64,000 bases of DNA from Candidatus Dormiibacterota bacterium (GCA_963709585.1 CAVPXI010000005.1:96001-160000); one strand, 5' to 3'; positions 21,627 to 32,725 are shown, numbered from the stretch's first letter. Translations and numbers: made by a program. The notes: generated from the letters alone by a model not told the origin.

Positions 21627-22997
21627 GTGGAGTACGTCGAGAGCATCCTCGACCTGGTCGGCAACACCCCGTTGGTCCGGCTGAGCAAGGTCACCGAGGG
21701 GCTCCGCCCTCTCATCCTGGCCAAGCTCGAGCAGCTCAACCCGGGCGGGAGTGTCAAGGACCGTATCGGCCTGTCGATGCTCGAGGATGCGGAGCGGAGC
21801 GGACTGCTCCGGCCGGGTGGCACCGTCGTCGAGCCCACCTCGGGCAACACCGGCCACGGACTCGCGATGGCGGCGGCGATCAAGGGCTACAAGATGATCT
21901 TCGTCATGCCCGACAAGATGTCGTCGGAGAAGATCAGCCTGCTGCGCGCGTACGGCGCCGAGGTGGTCATCTGTCCCACCAACGTCGAACGGGAGTCGGC
22001 GCAGTCGTACTACTCGGTCGCGGACCGGATCACCCGCGAGGTGCCCGGGGCATTCCAGCCGAACCAGTACTTCAATCCGCGAAACCCGGAGGCGCACTAC
22101 CGAACCACCGGACCCGAGATCTGGCGGCAGACCGACGGCCGCATCACGACGTTCGTAGCCGGCGTCGGCACCGGGGGCACGATCACCGGCGTCGGCAAGT
22201 ACCTCAAGGAGCAGAACCCGGCGGTTCGGGTGATCGGCGCGGATCCCGAGGGCTCGATCTACAGCGGCGAGATCGCCCCGTACAAGGTCGAAGGCGTCGG
22301 CGAGGACTTCTGGCCCGGCACCTTCGACCGCGACGTCGTCGACGAGTTCATCCAGGTCACCGATCGCGAGTGCTTCGTGGCGGCGCGGAAGCTTGCGCGC
22401 CAGGAAGGCATCCTCGTCGGCGGGTCGGCCGGCCTTGCGCTCCACGCGGCGATACAGGTCGCTGTCGATTCCAAGCCGGACGACGTCATCGTCGTGCTTC
22501 TCCCCGACACCGGCCGCAACTATCTGAGCAAGTTCTTCTCAGACGAGTGGATGCGGCAGAACGGCTATCTCCAGCGGCTCGTGCCTGCGCGCGTTCGCGA
22601 GGTCATCGATTCGCAGTCCGACGGCGTCCCGGAGCTGGTCAGCGTCGGCGCCGGCAAATCCGTCGGCGAGGCGATCGACCTCATGCAGCAGTACGGCATC
22701 TCCCAGCTGCTCGTGACCGAGAACGGGACCAGCGCGGGCGGCGGCGTGGTCGGCAGCATCCAGGAGCGAACGCTGCTGGATCGCGTCTACCGCGACCCGG
22801 CCGTGGTCACCACGTCGGTGTCGACGGCGATGGACCCACCCTTCGCGCGCGTTGCCTCGGGCGCGCCGATCGAGGAGGCCTTCGAGGCATTGCTCGGTGG
22901 CGAGCCCGCCCTGATGATCGTCGAAGGTGACGTCCCGGTCGGGGTGATCACCAGGAGCGACCTGCTCGAGTTCGTCGCCCGCCGCGGACGCGGCTGA
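21627..22997 (+). CDS. Cystathionine beta-synthase with C-terminal CBS domains
   Basis: NPGGSVKDR, EPTSGNTG, GVGTGGT, then a CBS domain pair. Confidence 0.92.
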   Translation: MEYVESILDLVGNTPLVRLSKVTEGLRPLILAKLEQLNPGGSVKDRIGLSMLEDAERSGLLRPGGTVVEPTSGNTGHGLAMAAAIKGYKMIFVMPDKMSSEKISLLRAYGAEVVICPTNVERESAQSYYSVADRITREVPGAFQPNQYFNPRNPEAHYRTTGPEIWRQTDGRITTFVAGVGTGGTITGVGKYLKEQNPAVRVIGADPEGSIYSGEIAPYKVEGVGEDFWPGTFDRDVVDEFIQVTDRECFVAARKLARQEGILVGGSAGLALHAAIQVAVDSKPDDVIVVLLPDTGRNYLSKFFSDEWMRQNGYLQRLVPARVREVIDSQSDGVPELVSVGAGKSVGEAIDLMQQYGISQLLVTENGTSAGGGVVGSIQERTLLDRVYRDPAVVTTSVSTAMDPPFARVASGAPIEEAFEALLGGEPALMIVEGDVPVGVITRSDLLEFVARRGRG

Positions 22998-23002
22998 TCG
23001 GC

Positions 23003-24154
23003 GTGCAGCACAAACCGCACGGTCTGGCGACGCGCGCCCTCCACGTCGGGCAAGGACCCGATCCGTCCACCGGCGCGGTGGTGGTCCCGATTCATCTGGC
23101 GACCACGTTCGCGCAGGAGTTGCCTGGCCGGCACACGGGATTCGAGTATTCGCGCTCGGGCAATCCGACCCGCGCCAACCTCGAGGAGTGCCTCGCGTCG
23201 CTCGAAGGGGCGACCCACGGCCTCGCCTTCTCGTCGGGCCTGGCCGCAACCACGACCGTGATGCTGCTTCTCGATCCTGGAGACCACGTGGTCTTCACCG
23301 AGGACGTCTATGGCGGCACCTTCCGGCTCTTCGACAAGGTCTTCCGGCGCTACGGCCTGACCTTCACGGCGGTCGACCCAACCGATCCGGATGCCGTCGC
23401 CGCGGCGATGACCGATCGGACGCGCCTGGTCTGGCTCGAGTTCCCGACCAATCCGCTGCTCCGGGTCGTGGACATCGACGCTGTGAGCGAGCTCATCCAT
23501 GGCGCCGGCGCGCTGATGGCGGTCGACAGCACGTTCGCGAGCCCGGTGCTGCAGCTACCCCTCGAGCTGGGCGCCGACCTGGTCGTGCACAGCTCGACGA
23601 AATTTCTCGGGGGCCACAGCGATGTGCTCGGCGGCGCGGTGCTCACCTCCAGTGAGGCGCTCGCGGAGCGAATGCGCTTCCACCAGAATGCCGTCGGCGC
23701 CGTGCCCTCGCCATTCGATTGCTGGTTGCTGCTCCGCGGGTTGAAGACGTTACAGCTCCGGGTGCTCCGTCAATGTGAGAACGCCCTGGCGATAGCCCGG
23801 TGGCTCGAGGGTCAGGATGCCGTGACCCAGGTGTACTACCCGGGGCTCGAGAGCAATCCGGGTCATGCGCTCGCCCGGCGTCAGATGGGCGGCCGCTACG
23901 GGGGAGTGGTGTCCTTCGAAGTCTCGTCGGGCGACGCCGCGCGTTCGTTCCTCGAGCGGTTGCGGGTGTTCACGCTCGCCGAGTCACTGGGCGCTGTGGA
24001 GTCGCTCGCCGAAAGCCCGGCGATGATGACCCACGCGTCGATACCGGAGGAGACGCGGACGCGGGTCGGCGTCAGCGACGGGCTGCTGCGCCTGTCCGTC
24101 GGTATTGAGGACGTCGACGACTTGCTGGCCGACCTGGAGCAGGCCCTGGCGTAG
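23003..24154 (+). CDS. Cystathionine gamma-lyase/synthase
   Basis: YSRSGNPTR, HSSTKFLGGHSD, AESLGAVESL, LRLSVGIE. Confidence 0.92.
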   Translation: MQHKPHGLATRALHVGQGPDPSTGAVVVPIHLATTFAQELPGRHTGFEYSRSGNPTRANLEECLASLEGATHGLAFSSGLAATTTVMLLLDPGDHVVFTEDVYGGTFRLFDKVFRRYGLTFTAVDPTDPDAVAAAMTDRTRLVWLEFPTNPLLRVVDIDAVSELIHGAGALMAVDSTFASPVLQLPLELGADLVVHSSTKFLGGHSDVLGGAVLTSSEALAERMRFHQNAVGAVPSPFDCWLLLRGLKTLQLRVLRQCENALAIARWLEGQDAVTQVYYPGLESNPGHALARRQMGGRYGGVVSFEVSSGDAARSFLERLRVFTLAESLGAVESLAESPAMMTHASIPEETRTRVGVSDGLLRLSVGIEDVDDLLADLEQALA

Positions 24155-25326
24155 TCTCACGCGGCGGCGCACCCAGCTTCCACTCCCCGGTGGTGAGCAG
24201 GAGCGTGCCGTCGATCTCCGGCAGCGCCGGAGCACCGAGGCGGCGCAGCTTGCGCCACTGTTCGCCGTCCTCCTCGCTGAGAAACGTGATCGCCTTGCCC
24301 TCGTTGCCGTTGCGCGCGGTGCGGCCGATCCGATGGGTGAGCCACTGCGGGGTCTCGGGCAGCTCGAAGTTGACGACCAGGCCGACGTTCACGACGTCGA
24401 TGCCTCGGGCCGCGACGTTGGTTGCGACCAGCACCTCGGTACGGTTGGCGCGAAACGAGTCGAGGGCGCGATCACGGGCGTTCTGCGACAGGTTGCCCTG
24501 CAGCTCGCCCGCGGTGTGGCCCATGCGAAGCAGGTCGCGAACCAGCTTCTTGGCTCCGTGCTTGGTGCGATGAAAGACGATCGTCTGGTTGAGCTCGGTG
24601 GCGCGCTGGCGGCGCAGCAGCCGTGACAGCGCATCGATCTTCTGCGACTTGACGACGCTCATGACCCCGTGCTCGACTGCGGGAACCTGTTCGTTGACGA
24701 CGCGCACCCGGGCCGGTGCAGTACAGGTGCTTGGTGATCATCCGCTGCACCCAGTCGGGCATCGTCGCCGAGGCGAGCACAGTCTGCCGGCGCGCGCTGC
24801 TGCTGAAGCTCGGACACATCGAGATGATCTTCTCGACATCCTTCGCGAAGCCCTGGTCGAGCATCTCGTCGGCCTCGTCGAGCACGAGGTATTCGATGTC
24901 GCGGAGTCGTGCGAGCCCAGTGCTCGCGAGGTCGAGGAGCCGTCCCGGACAGCCGACGATCACGTCCGGAGCGTTGCGCAGCCCACCGGTCTGGGGTCCG
25001 TAGCCGACCCCGCCGATGCAGATCACCGTGCGCAGCGCCGGGTCGACCTTGCGGATCACCGCGTTGACCTGGGTCGCCAGCTCGCGGGTTGGAGTCACGA
25101 TCAGCGCCCTTGCGCCGTGACTCTGGTGCCCGGCGAGCCGCTCGACCAATGGCACCACGAATGCCAGGGTCTTGCCGGAGCCGGTGGGTGCCTCGATCAC
25201 GCAGTCGTGGCCTGCGAGCAGGGGCGGGATCGCCTCCTGCTGCACTGTGTTCGGCTCTGTGAAACCGCCTCGGCTGAGAGCGGCGGACGTGCGCGGACGC
25301 ACGCCGATGGATTCAAACGTTGTCAC
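24072..25326 (-). CDS. DEAD-box RNA helicase; frameshift near 24720, 3' end uncertain (24072 or 24157)
   Basis: APTGSGKT, PTRELA, DEAD and SAT in ORF 24472..25326; ATNVAARGID and HRIGRTAR in ORF 24072..24707. Confidence 0.9.
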
Positions 25327-25554
25327 CGTGTTACCTCGGGACCCGGGTCGTTCCCGTCATCCCAGAATCCCCTCGCTGGACTGTCGTGTGCCGGATTCTT
25401 GAGACCCGCCGGTTACCGGCGGAGAGAGGGTTCACCAAGAGGCATGGCTCGCCGATGCGCGAGCACTTGCCAAGACAGTACCACAGGTTGGTGCAAAGAC
25501 CGCAAACGGTGACAGAGGCTGTTTCCGGCCCCTGGGTGTATATCCTCGCTTCGA

Positions 25555-28236
25555 ATGACGTTCGACGCCTTCCTCCATCAGCTTCCCGACGCGGATGCCG
25601 CGGAGACCGGCGAGTGGCTCGAGTTCCTCGATACGCTGGTTGCCTCCGAAGGTACCGTTCGTGCCCGTTTTGTGATCGGCAAGCTGCTGGAACGCGCCCG
25701 ACGGCTGCAGGTGCCGGTGCCGTCGCTGGTCTCGACGCCGTACATCAACACCATTCCCCCGGACGAGGAGCCGTGGTTCCCGGGCGACGAGGAGATGGAG
25801 CGGCGCATCCGCCGCATCGTCCGCTGGAATGCCGCCGCGATGGTAACCAGGGCAAACAAGAGAAGCGATGGCATCGGCGGTCATCTGTCGACGTACGCGT
25901 CTGCCGCCTCGCTGTACGAGGTGGGGTTCAACCACTTCTTCCGCGGCAAGGATGATGGCAACTCCGGCGACCAGATCTACTACCAGGGACATGCGGCACC
26001 GGGGATGTACTCGCACGCGTACCTCGAGGGTCGGATCACCGAGGCGCAGATGGACAACTTCCGTCAGGAGACGGGGGGCAACGGTCTCAGCTCGTATCCG
26101 CATCCCCGCTTGATGCCCGACTTCTGGGAGTTCCCGACGGTTTCCATGGGCCTCGGGCCGCTCAACGCGATCTACCAGGCACGGTTCAACCGCTACCTCT
26201 ACAACCGCCATATCGTGGACACGAGCGAGAGCCGCGTCTGGTGTTTCCTCGGCGACGGCGAGTGCGACGAACCGGAGACGCTCGGCGCGCTGTCGCTCGC
26301 TGCGCGCGAGCAGCTCGACAACCTCACCTTCGTCGTCAACTGCAATCTGCAGCGTCTCGACGGACCGGTGCGCGGCAACGGCAAGGTGATCCAGGAGCTC
26401 GAGGGAATCTTCCGCGGTGCGGGCTGGAACGTCATCAAGGTCATCTGGGCGCGGGAGTGGGACGAGCTGCTCGCGCGCGATGTGTCCGGTGTGCTCGTCG
26501 ACCAGATGAACCGCGTTCCTGATGGCGAGTTTCAGAAGTACACGACAGAAAGTGGCGCTTACATCCGCGAGCACTTCTTCGGGCCGGATCCGCGCCTGCG
26601 CAGGATGGTTGAGCACCTGTCAGACGACGATCTCCGCCACCTCCGCCGCGGAGGCCACGACTATCGCAAGGTGTACTCCGCCTACAAGCTCGCGCTGGAG
26701 CAACGCGGAGCACCGACGGTGATCCTTGCGCACACCGTCAAGGGATGGACCCTCGGCGTCGGCTTCGAAGGACGCAACTCCACGCACCAGATCAAGAAGA
26801 TCGGTGAAGCCGAGCTGCGCGCGTTCCGCGATCTGCTCGAGCTGCCCATCAGCGACAAGCAACTCACGGAGGCCAAGCCTCCCTACTACCATCCTGGTGC
26901 GGATTCCGACGAGGTCGAGTATCTGTTGATGCGCCGGCGCGCGCTGGGCGGGATGTTGCCGCGAAGGGTCGTGCGCTCCAAGCCGCTCGACCTCCCCGGC
27001 GACGCCCCGTACGCGGAGTTCCTGAGCGGCAGCGGCACCCGTGCGGCGTCAACGACCATGGTGTTCGCCGGACTGCTGCGCAACCTGCTCCGCGATCCGG
27101 GCATCGGCAACCGCATCGTCCCGATCATCCCCGACGAGGCGCGCACCTTCGGCATGGACGCGCTCTTCAGCGAGGTCAAGATCTACGCGCCGTTCGGGCA
27201 GAGCTACGAGCCGGTGGACGCGGGGATGGTGCTCTCGTACCGCGAGGCAGTCGACGGGCAGATCCTCGAAGAGGGCATCACCGAAGCCGGCTCGATGGGC
27301 AGCTTCACCGCGGCCGGCACCGCGTACGCGACCCACGGTCAGGCGGTCATTCCCTTCTACATCTACTACTCGATGTTCGGATACCAGCGGGTCGGGGACC
27401 TCATCTGGGCATTCGGCAACTCACGTGGTCGCGGCTTCATGCTCGGCGGCACTGCGGGTCGCACCACGCTCAACGGCGAGGGCCTTCAACACGAGGATGG
27501 GCATTCGCCGCTGCTCTTCAGTGCGATCCCGAACGTGCGCATCTACGACCCCGCCTTCGCATTCGAGCTTGCGACCGTCATTCGCGACGGCATGCGCCGC
27601 ATGTACGTCGACGGCGAGGACATCTTCTACTACATCACGCTGTACAACGAGAACTACCCGATGCCGCCGATGCCCGAGGGCAGCGAGGAGGGCATTCTCC
27701 GCGGTCTCTACCTGTACAAACCTGCGGGCGCCGCGCGCACCCATCACGCCCGGATTCTCGCCAGCGGCAGCGCCGTCCAGGCGGCGGTCGAGGCGCAGGC
27801 GATGTTGCTCGACCAGCACGACGTCGCCGCCGAAGTGTGGAGCGCCCCGAGCTTCCAGCTGCTGCGCCAGGACGCGCTCGAAGTCGAGCGCTGGAACCGG
27901 TTGCATCCCGACGCCGAGCCGCGCGTCTCGTACGTCGAGGAGCAGTTGGGCGGCGACGACGGACCGATCGTCGCGGTGACCGACTACATGAAGGCGGTCC
28001 CCGATCAGATCGGGCGTTTCGTCAGCGCCCCGTTCATCCCGCTCGGCACGGATGGCTACGGACGCAGCGACACACGGGTCGCGCTGCGCCGGCACTTCGA
28101 GGTCGACGCAGCGTCGATCTCCGTGGCCGTGCTCGACGGGCTGGCGCAGCAGGACCGCCTCCCGCGTCATGTCGTGGCAGCCGCCATCGAGCACTACGAG
28201 CTCGACACCGAGCTCTCCGACCCCCGCTACCGCTGA
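25555..28236 (+). CDS. aceE: Pyruvate dehydrogenase E1, homodimeric type
   Basis: GGHLSTYAS, SSYPHP, GDGECDEPE, NCNLQRLDGP, GEGLQHEDG, LGTDGYGRSD. Confidence 0.95.
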   Translation: MTFDAFLHQLPDADAAETGEWLEFLDTLVASEGTVRARFVIGKLLERARRLQVPVPSLVSTPYINTIPPDEEPWFPGDEEMERRIRRIVRWNAAAMVTRANKRSDGIGGHLSTYASAASLYEVGFNHFFRGKDDGNSGDQIYYQGHAAPGMYSHAYLEGRITEAQMDNFRQETGGNGLSSYPHPRLMPDFWEFPTVSMGLGPLNAIYQARFNRYLYNRHIVDTSESRVWCFLGDGECDEPETLGALSLAAREQLDNLTFVVNCNLQRLDGPVRGNGKVIQELEGIFRGAGWNVIKVIWAREWDELLARDVSGVLVDQMNRVPDGEFQKYTTESGAYIREHFFGPDPRLRRMVEHLSDDDLRHLRRGGHDYRKVYSAYKLALEQRGAPTVILAHTVKGWTLGVGFEGRNSTHQIKKIGEAELRAFRDLLELPISDKQLTEAKPPYYHPGADSDEVEYLLMRRRALGGMLPRRVVRSKPLDLPGDAPYAEFLSGSGTRAASTTMVFAGLLRNLLRDPGIGNRIVPIIPDEARTFGMDALFSEVKIYAPFGQSYEPVDAGMVLSYREAVDGQILEEGITEAGSMGSFTAAGTAYATHGQAVIPFYIYYSMFGYQRVGDLIWAFGNSRGRGFMLGGTAGRTTLNGEGLQHEDGHSPLLFSAIPNVRIYDPAFAFELATVIRDGMRRMYVDGEDIFYYITLYNENYPMPPMPEGSEEGILRGLYLYKPAGAARTHHARILASGSAVQAAVEAQAMLLDQHDVAAEVWSAPSFQLLRQDALEVERWNRLHPDAEPRVSYVEEQLGGDDGPIVAVTDYMKAVPDQIGRFVSAPFIPLGTDGYGRSDTRVALRRHFEVDAASISVAVLDGLAQQDRLPRHVVAAAIEHYELDTELSDPRYR

Positions 28237-28244
28237 CCCACCGG

Positions 28245-28811
28245 TCAGCGTGAGTTGAAGGTCATCGAGGAGCGCTCGCTGTACACCGCGCCTCCTGGCG
28301 CGGGTCGCAACTCGTACAGCACCAGCCGCGACGCGATGAAGCGGATCGCCGTCCGATCCGCAGCAGCCGCCGCGGCCCACGCTGTACGTGCACCGTCACT
28401 CCAGGGCAGGCGCGGCCGGCCGAGCGTGCAGTGTGCGTGGTACGGGCGTTCCTCGACGTCGAAGCCGGCGGCGCCGAGCACGATGCGACATTCGAGCGCG
28501 AGCGCGGTGAGCGGAGCCATATCGCGCGTCGGGCCGAGCCAGAGAACACGCGGCGCCCTTCGGGATGGGAACGCGCCCAGCCGGTCGAGCTCAACGTCGA
28601 ACGGTGCTGTACCGAGCGCGACCGGCGCAACGAGCTCGAGCGCCTCCGCGGCCCGTTCCTCCTCGATCGATCCAAAGAAGTGAACGGTCAGATGGAGCGT
28701 CTCCGGGCGCACCCAGCGAACATCCGGAACGCGCTCCCGGAGCTCGCCCTGCACCCGCTGCGCCGCCCCGAGCCCGGGGTCGGCGAGCGGAACGGCGAGG
28801 AAGCACCTCAC
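28245..28811 (-). CDS. thpR: RNA 2',3'-cyclic phosphodiesterase (2H phosphoesterase)
   Basis: RCFLAV start, HLT and HCT 2H motifs, PRVLW; GTG start overlaps the upstream stop. Confidence 0.88.
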   Translation of the reverse strand: MRCFLAVPLADPGLGAAQRVQGELRERVPDVRWVRPETLHLTVHFFGSIEEERAAEALELVAPVALGTAPFDVELDRLGAFPSRRAPRVLWLGPTRDMAPLTALALECRIVLGAAGFDVEERPYHAHCTLGRPRLPWSDGARTAWAAAAAADRTAIRFIASRLVLYELRPAPGGAVYSERSSMTFNSR

Positions 28812-29770
28812 CCAGCCGGTGTCGCCGTGGGCGTGGCCCTGAGGCTCGGGCTCGCGGGCGAAGGACTGGGACGTGCTGCGGCGCACGGGTTGCCGCCGGC
28901 GTTGGTCAGCGAGACCTCGATCTGGTTGGTCGCGCAGAGCTGACCGACCTGGTTGAACAGCTCCTCGGTGAACCAGCCGGGCCGGTCGGTCACGTTGTAC
29001 GGATTGCCGGCATAGATCAGGGTGTGGCGGACCCCCCAGCCCTTCGCCGTTTTCGAGTACACCATCACGATGTCGTAGCCGCCCGCGTCGTGGACCGGTG
29101 TCGTGGTGTACGCGCCCACGGCGAGCGATGTGACCGCGGCAGCGAACGCGGGATCGTAGGCCTTGAGCTGCGCGGCGGTCAGGACACCGAGATCGCCGCC
29201 TTTGGCCGCCGTCCCGGTCGTCCCGGAGTCGTCGGAGTAGGTCTTGGCGGTGGCGCTGAAGCTCGCTCCGGTGGCGAGGATCTGCTCGATCTGGGCAGCG
29301 CGTTGCTGTGCAAAGACGTCCTCGACACGCTGCTCGTTGATGCTCGAGCTGATCTCGTCCTCGAGCTGCGCGATCGACCCGCCGGCGCCGGCGAGCTCGG
29401 TCTCGAGCGCGTTCGTCCCCCCGGCCTGCTGCGCGTCGGTGGCGACTTCAGCCGCAACCTCCTTCTGGGTCGCCGCCAGCCCGAGCCGGGTTGCCTCCTC
29501 GCGAATCACCGTGTCGGTGATCAGGCTGCGCAGGACCGCGGCCCGCACCTGGGTGACCGCGGCGCCACCCGAGCAGTCTCCACCGCCCTGTTTGATACTG
29601 GTGCACGCGCTCTGGTAGCGAACATTGAACTCCGCGAGGGTGATCGCATCCGAGCCGACCCGCGCGATCACCGGCGACGGCGCGACCGGTGCCGGTGTGT
29701 TCGAGGCGCACGCCGTGATGATCACTGCGCACAGAGCTACGATCGCCGCCCCGCCCCGTCGATGCACCAT
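28808..29770 (-). CDS. PrsA/SurA-like parvulin peptidyl-prolyl isomerase lipoprotein
   Basis: Lipobox ITAC, VIARVGSDAIT, FSATAKTYSDD, KGGDLG. Confidence 0.8.
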   Translation of the reverse strand: MVHRRGGAAIVALCAVIITACASNTPAPVAPSPVIARVGSDAITLAEFNVRYQSACTSIKQGGGDCSGGAAVTQVRAAVLRSLITDTVIREEATRLGLAATQKEVAAEVATDAQQAGGTNALETELAGAGGSIAQLEDEISSSINEQRVEDVFAQQRAAQIEQILATGASFSATAKTYSDDSGTTGTAAKGGDLGVLTAAQLKAYDPAFAAAVTSLAVGAYTTTPVHDAGGYDIVMVYSKTAKGWGVRHTLIYAGNPYNVTDRPGWFTEELFNQVGQLCATNQIEVSLTNAGGNPCAAARPSPSPASPSLRATPTATPAG

Positions 29771-29772
29771 CC

Positions 29773-31070
29773 TCAGGCCAGTGTATCGGGGGCTGCCGCC
29801 GGCCGGGCAGGCCCAGGCTGAGACCGCTGACCCGAGCCCTGAACGACGGCGTGACCACGACGGCCACCGTCGTCGCGCCGACCAGCAGCGCGCCGACGCC
29901 GACCGCGTTGAACAGCCCGACCGAGTGCGCCATCACGCCGTACGCGACCGTGCCGAGTGGTTGCAGTCCCGCGAAGATCGTTGCGTAGATGCCCAGCAGC
30001 CGGCCGCGCAGGGCGGGGTCGGTATCGGTCTGCAGCAGGGTCGTCATCGACGTGCTCACCGCCACGAACGCGAAGCTGATCCCGACCAGAGCCGGCAGCG
30101 TGAAGCCGAGCAGCGCGCTGTGGGCGACCACGAACAGGCTCGCGGCGTACACCACCCCACCGACGAGCATGAGCTGGAGGCGCCCCGCCCCGCGTCCCAT
30201 CGAGGCGATCGCCAGCCCACCGACGAGACCACCAATTCCTCCCACGCTGTACATGATCCCCAGCGCCTCCGGACCGACGTGCAGCTGCGTTCTCGCCAGA
30301 ACCGGCAGGAACGGCATGTAGGACACGCCGAAGAACGCGAGCACGGACGCGACGATAACAACCCCACGGATGAGCGGATCGGCGACGGCAATCCGTAGGC
30401 CGGCGACGAGCTCGCCCCAGGCGGTCACGCCTGCCTGTCTCGGCAGCGGGGCGACGTCCGGGATCACCATCACCAGCACGACGATCGGTGCCAGATAGGC
30501 GACCGCGAGGAATCCGAAGCAGACGGCCGGACCCGCGAGCCCGATCAGGAGCCCCGCCACGGACGGTCCGACGATCCGGGTCGCGCTCATCGCCGCGGCG
30601 CCGAGGGCGACCGCGTTGACAACCAGGTGGCGTTCGACCAGGTCGGCGACCAGCGCCTGGCGCGTCGGCAGGTCCGCGGCGTCGGTGGCGCCGAACACGA
30701 TCGCCACCACGATGATTGCAGCGAAGCTCGCGTGATGGGTTGCCACCAGAATCGCGAGCGACCCGGCGCTCAGGCCGAGCAGCGATTGCGTGACCAGCAG
30801 GATCCGCCGCCGCGGCAGCCGGTCGGCGAGAACGCCCCCCGCCAGCGAGAGGATCACCGATGGGATGCCGTCCGCGGCGGCCACCGCGGCCACGGCGGTG
30901 GTGCTGCCGGTCTGCTGGTAGACGAGATAGCCGAGAGCGACGATCTGCATCCACGTCCCGAGCAGGGTCGGCCACTGCGCCGCCCAGTACCAGCGGAACG
31001 GCCGGACCCGCAGCGCCGGAGGAGGCCAGCGGCGTTCCGGGGTCGCGACCGGCTCAGGCGTCGGCGTCAC
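29773..31070 (-). CDS. MFS transporter (MFS_3-like); 3' end probably frameshifted
   Basis: GTWMQIVA, GVLADRLPRR, RIVGPSVAG, ALRGRL, 12 TM. The called frame runs about 320 nt into prsA, whereas another frame stops at 29773. Confidence 0.85.
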
Positions 31071-31843
31071 CCCTCCAACGATAGGTGCACGCTCGTCGAC
31101 GTCCGCCGGAATCCCGCGTTTCGGTAGGCGCCGTCGGCGCCTTGGGCGGCCTCGAGGAAGACCGCCGTCAGACCGGCGTCGAGGCTCTGCCGCGAGAGCG
31201 CCGCCACCATCGCCGCGGCAAGCCCGCGGCGTCGATGCGACGGCGCCACCACGACGCCGACAACCTCGGTGGCCCCGCCCGCGGGCGCACCGGACTGGGC
31301 CGCTCCGACCAGCCGCCGCGTCTCGGCGTCGCGGGCGATCAGGGCGCGCCCGCCACGGCTCAGCGAGCCGAGCAGCCGAGCGACGGTGCGGTCATCGGCC
31401 GGCTCCGGGTCGTCGAAGATCTCGTGTTGCAAGCGGGCCATCTCGAGCAGCATTCCGTCGTCGGACGGCGTGTCGATGACGATGCCGTCCGGCGCGCGCG
31501 TTTCGCGGAGCGTCCTCGTCGTGCAGGTCATCAGCGGAAGGCGTGCCTCGAGCCTCCATCCGTGCGCCATCAGCCGCGATTCGAGCGCCGGTGCCACAGA
31601 TGGCAGAAACTCGACGCGCGGCATGCGCGCAGCCGTCCGAAAGGCCGTGACCAGTGCTGCCAGCTCCACGTCATCAGGATCGGCGCCGTCGTCGGGGATC
31701 GCGTAGTTCAGGAAACGCAGCGTGGTCGCGGCGGTGAGCAGGAGCGCGAACGGCCCGACGCGCGGAAGTTCGTGTGCCTTCCGCGACTCTCGGATGAACG
31801 CCATGATCGCGCGGTCGGCCTCGACATCGACGCCGGCGTCCAC
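31067..31843 (-). CDS. GNAT family N-acetyltransferase
   Basis: VVVAPSHRRRGLA acetyl-CoA motif; AYRNAGF. Confidence 0.88.
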   Translation of the reverse strand: MDAGVDVEADRAIMAFIRESRKAHELPRVGPFALLLTAATTLRFLNYAIPDDGADPDDVELAALVTAFRTAARMPRVEFLPSVAPALESRLMAHGWRLEARLPLMTCTTRTLRETRAPDGIVIDTPSDDGMLLEMARLQHEIFDDPEPADDRTVARLLGSLSRGGRALIARDAETRRLVGAAQSGAPAGGATEVVGVVVAPSHRRRGLAAAMVAALSRQSLDAGLTAVFLEAAQGADGAYRNAGFRRTSTSVHLSLEG

Positions 31844-31852
31844 GTCCGCAGT

Positions 31853-32725
31853 TCAGGCGGCGGCGACAGCGGCGCTCTCGGCGCGCGGCAGTGGCTGATC
31901 GTCGAGGAATGCCGCGATCAGCACCCGCTGGCGGCGCGAGAGCTCCGGGCTCCACGCGTGGCCCGCCCGCCGGATGACGTCGAAGGACACGTCGGGCGCA
32001 TCCGCGACCGCCGATCCCAGGCGGCGAACGTTCACGATGCGATCGTGTTCGGCGACGAGGATCAGGGTCGGACGTCCCGAACCGCGAACCTGGGCAAGGT
32101 CGTTTCGCTGCAACGCGTCGTGCAGCCATTCGCGCGCGGCGCGTGGATCCGCGAGCACCTGGTTGTCGAAGTTGACCTTGGCGGCGACGGGGTCGACGGC
32201 CTTGCCTTCCACCATGAGCCGTTTGTAGATGTCGCTCATGGTCCGCTGGTGTGCGAGCCACACGATCCCCGGGTAGACGATCGGCGCCAGCATGAAACCA
32301 ACCTGGATGTGGAACGAGCGCCGCACCAGCCACGGGGCCACCAGCGGGGTGTGCAGGATGAGACGCTCGGTCGCCTGCGGACGGGCGCGCTGGACCGCAA
32401 GCGCGACCGGGGTGCCGAGGCACAGCCCCGCGACGTCGAAGTGGTCCGCACCGGCGTCGCCGGCGGCGGCGAGGGCGGCCCGCGCCAGCGCGGGAGCGGT
32501 GTGCCCTCCATCCAACGGCGTCGAGCGTCCGAAGCCGGGCAGGTCCGGCGCGATGATCGTGCGCCGCTGCAGGAGGATGTCGAACCAGTCGTTGAAATTC
32601 TCTGCCGATCCTATGAACCCGTGACACAGCAGCAGCGGCGGTCCGGCCCCTCCGGTCAGGTAGCGCAGGCGCTTGCCATCGTGTGTCGTGAAACGTTCTT
32701 CGAGCCCGTTCACGGCAGCGTTCAC
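31853..32725 (-). CDS. Alpha/beta hydrolase with G-x-C-x-G nucleophile elbow
   Basis: HGF, PDLPGFGRS, GLCLG, AEHD, AGHA. Confidence 0.85.
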   Translation of the reverse strand: MNAAVNGLEERFTTHDGKRLRYLTGGAGPPLLLCHGFIGSAENFNDWFDILLQRRTIIAPDLPGFGRSTPLDGGHTAPALARAALAAAGDAGADHFDVAGLCLGTPVALAVQRARPQATERLILHTPLVAPWLVRRSFHIQVGFMLAPIVYPGIVWLAHQRTMSDIYKRLMVEGKAVDPVAAKVNFDNQVLADPRAAREWLHDALQRNDLAQVRGSGRPTLILVAEHDRIVNVRRLGSAVADAPDVSFDVIRRAGHAWSPELSRRQRVLIAAFLDDQPLPRAESAAVAAA

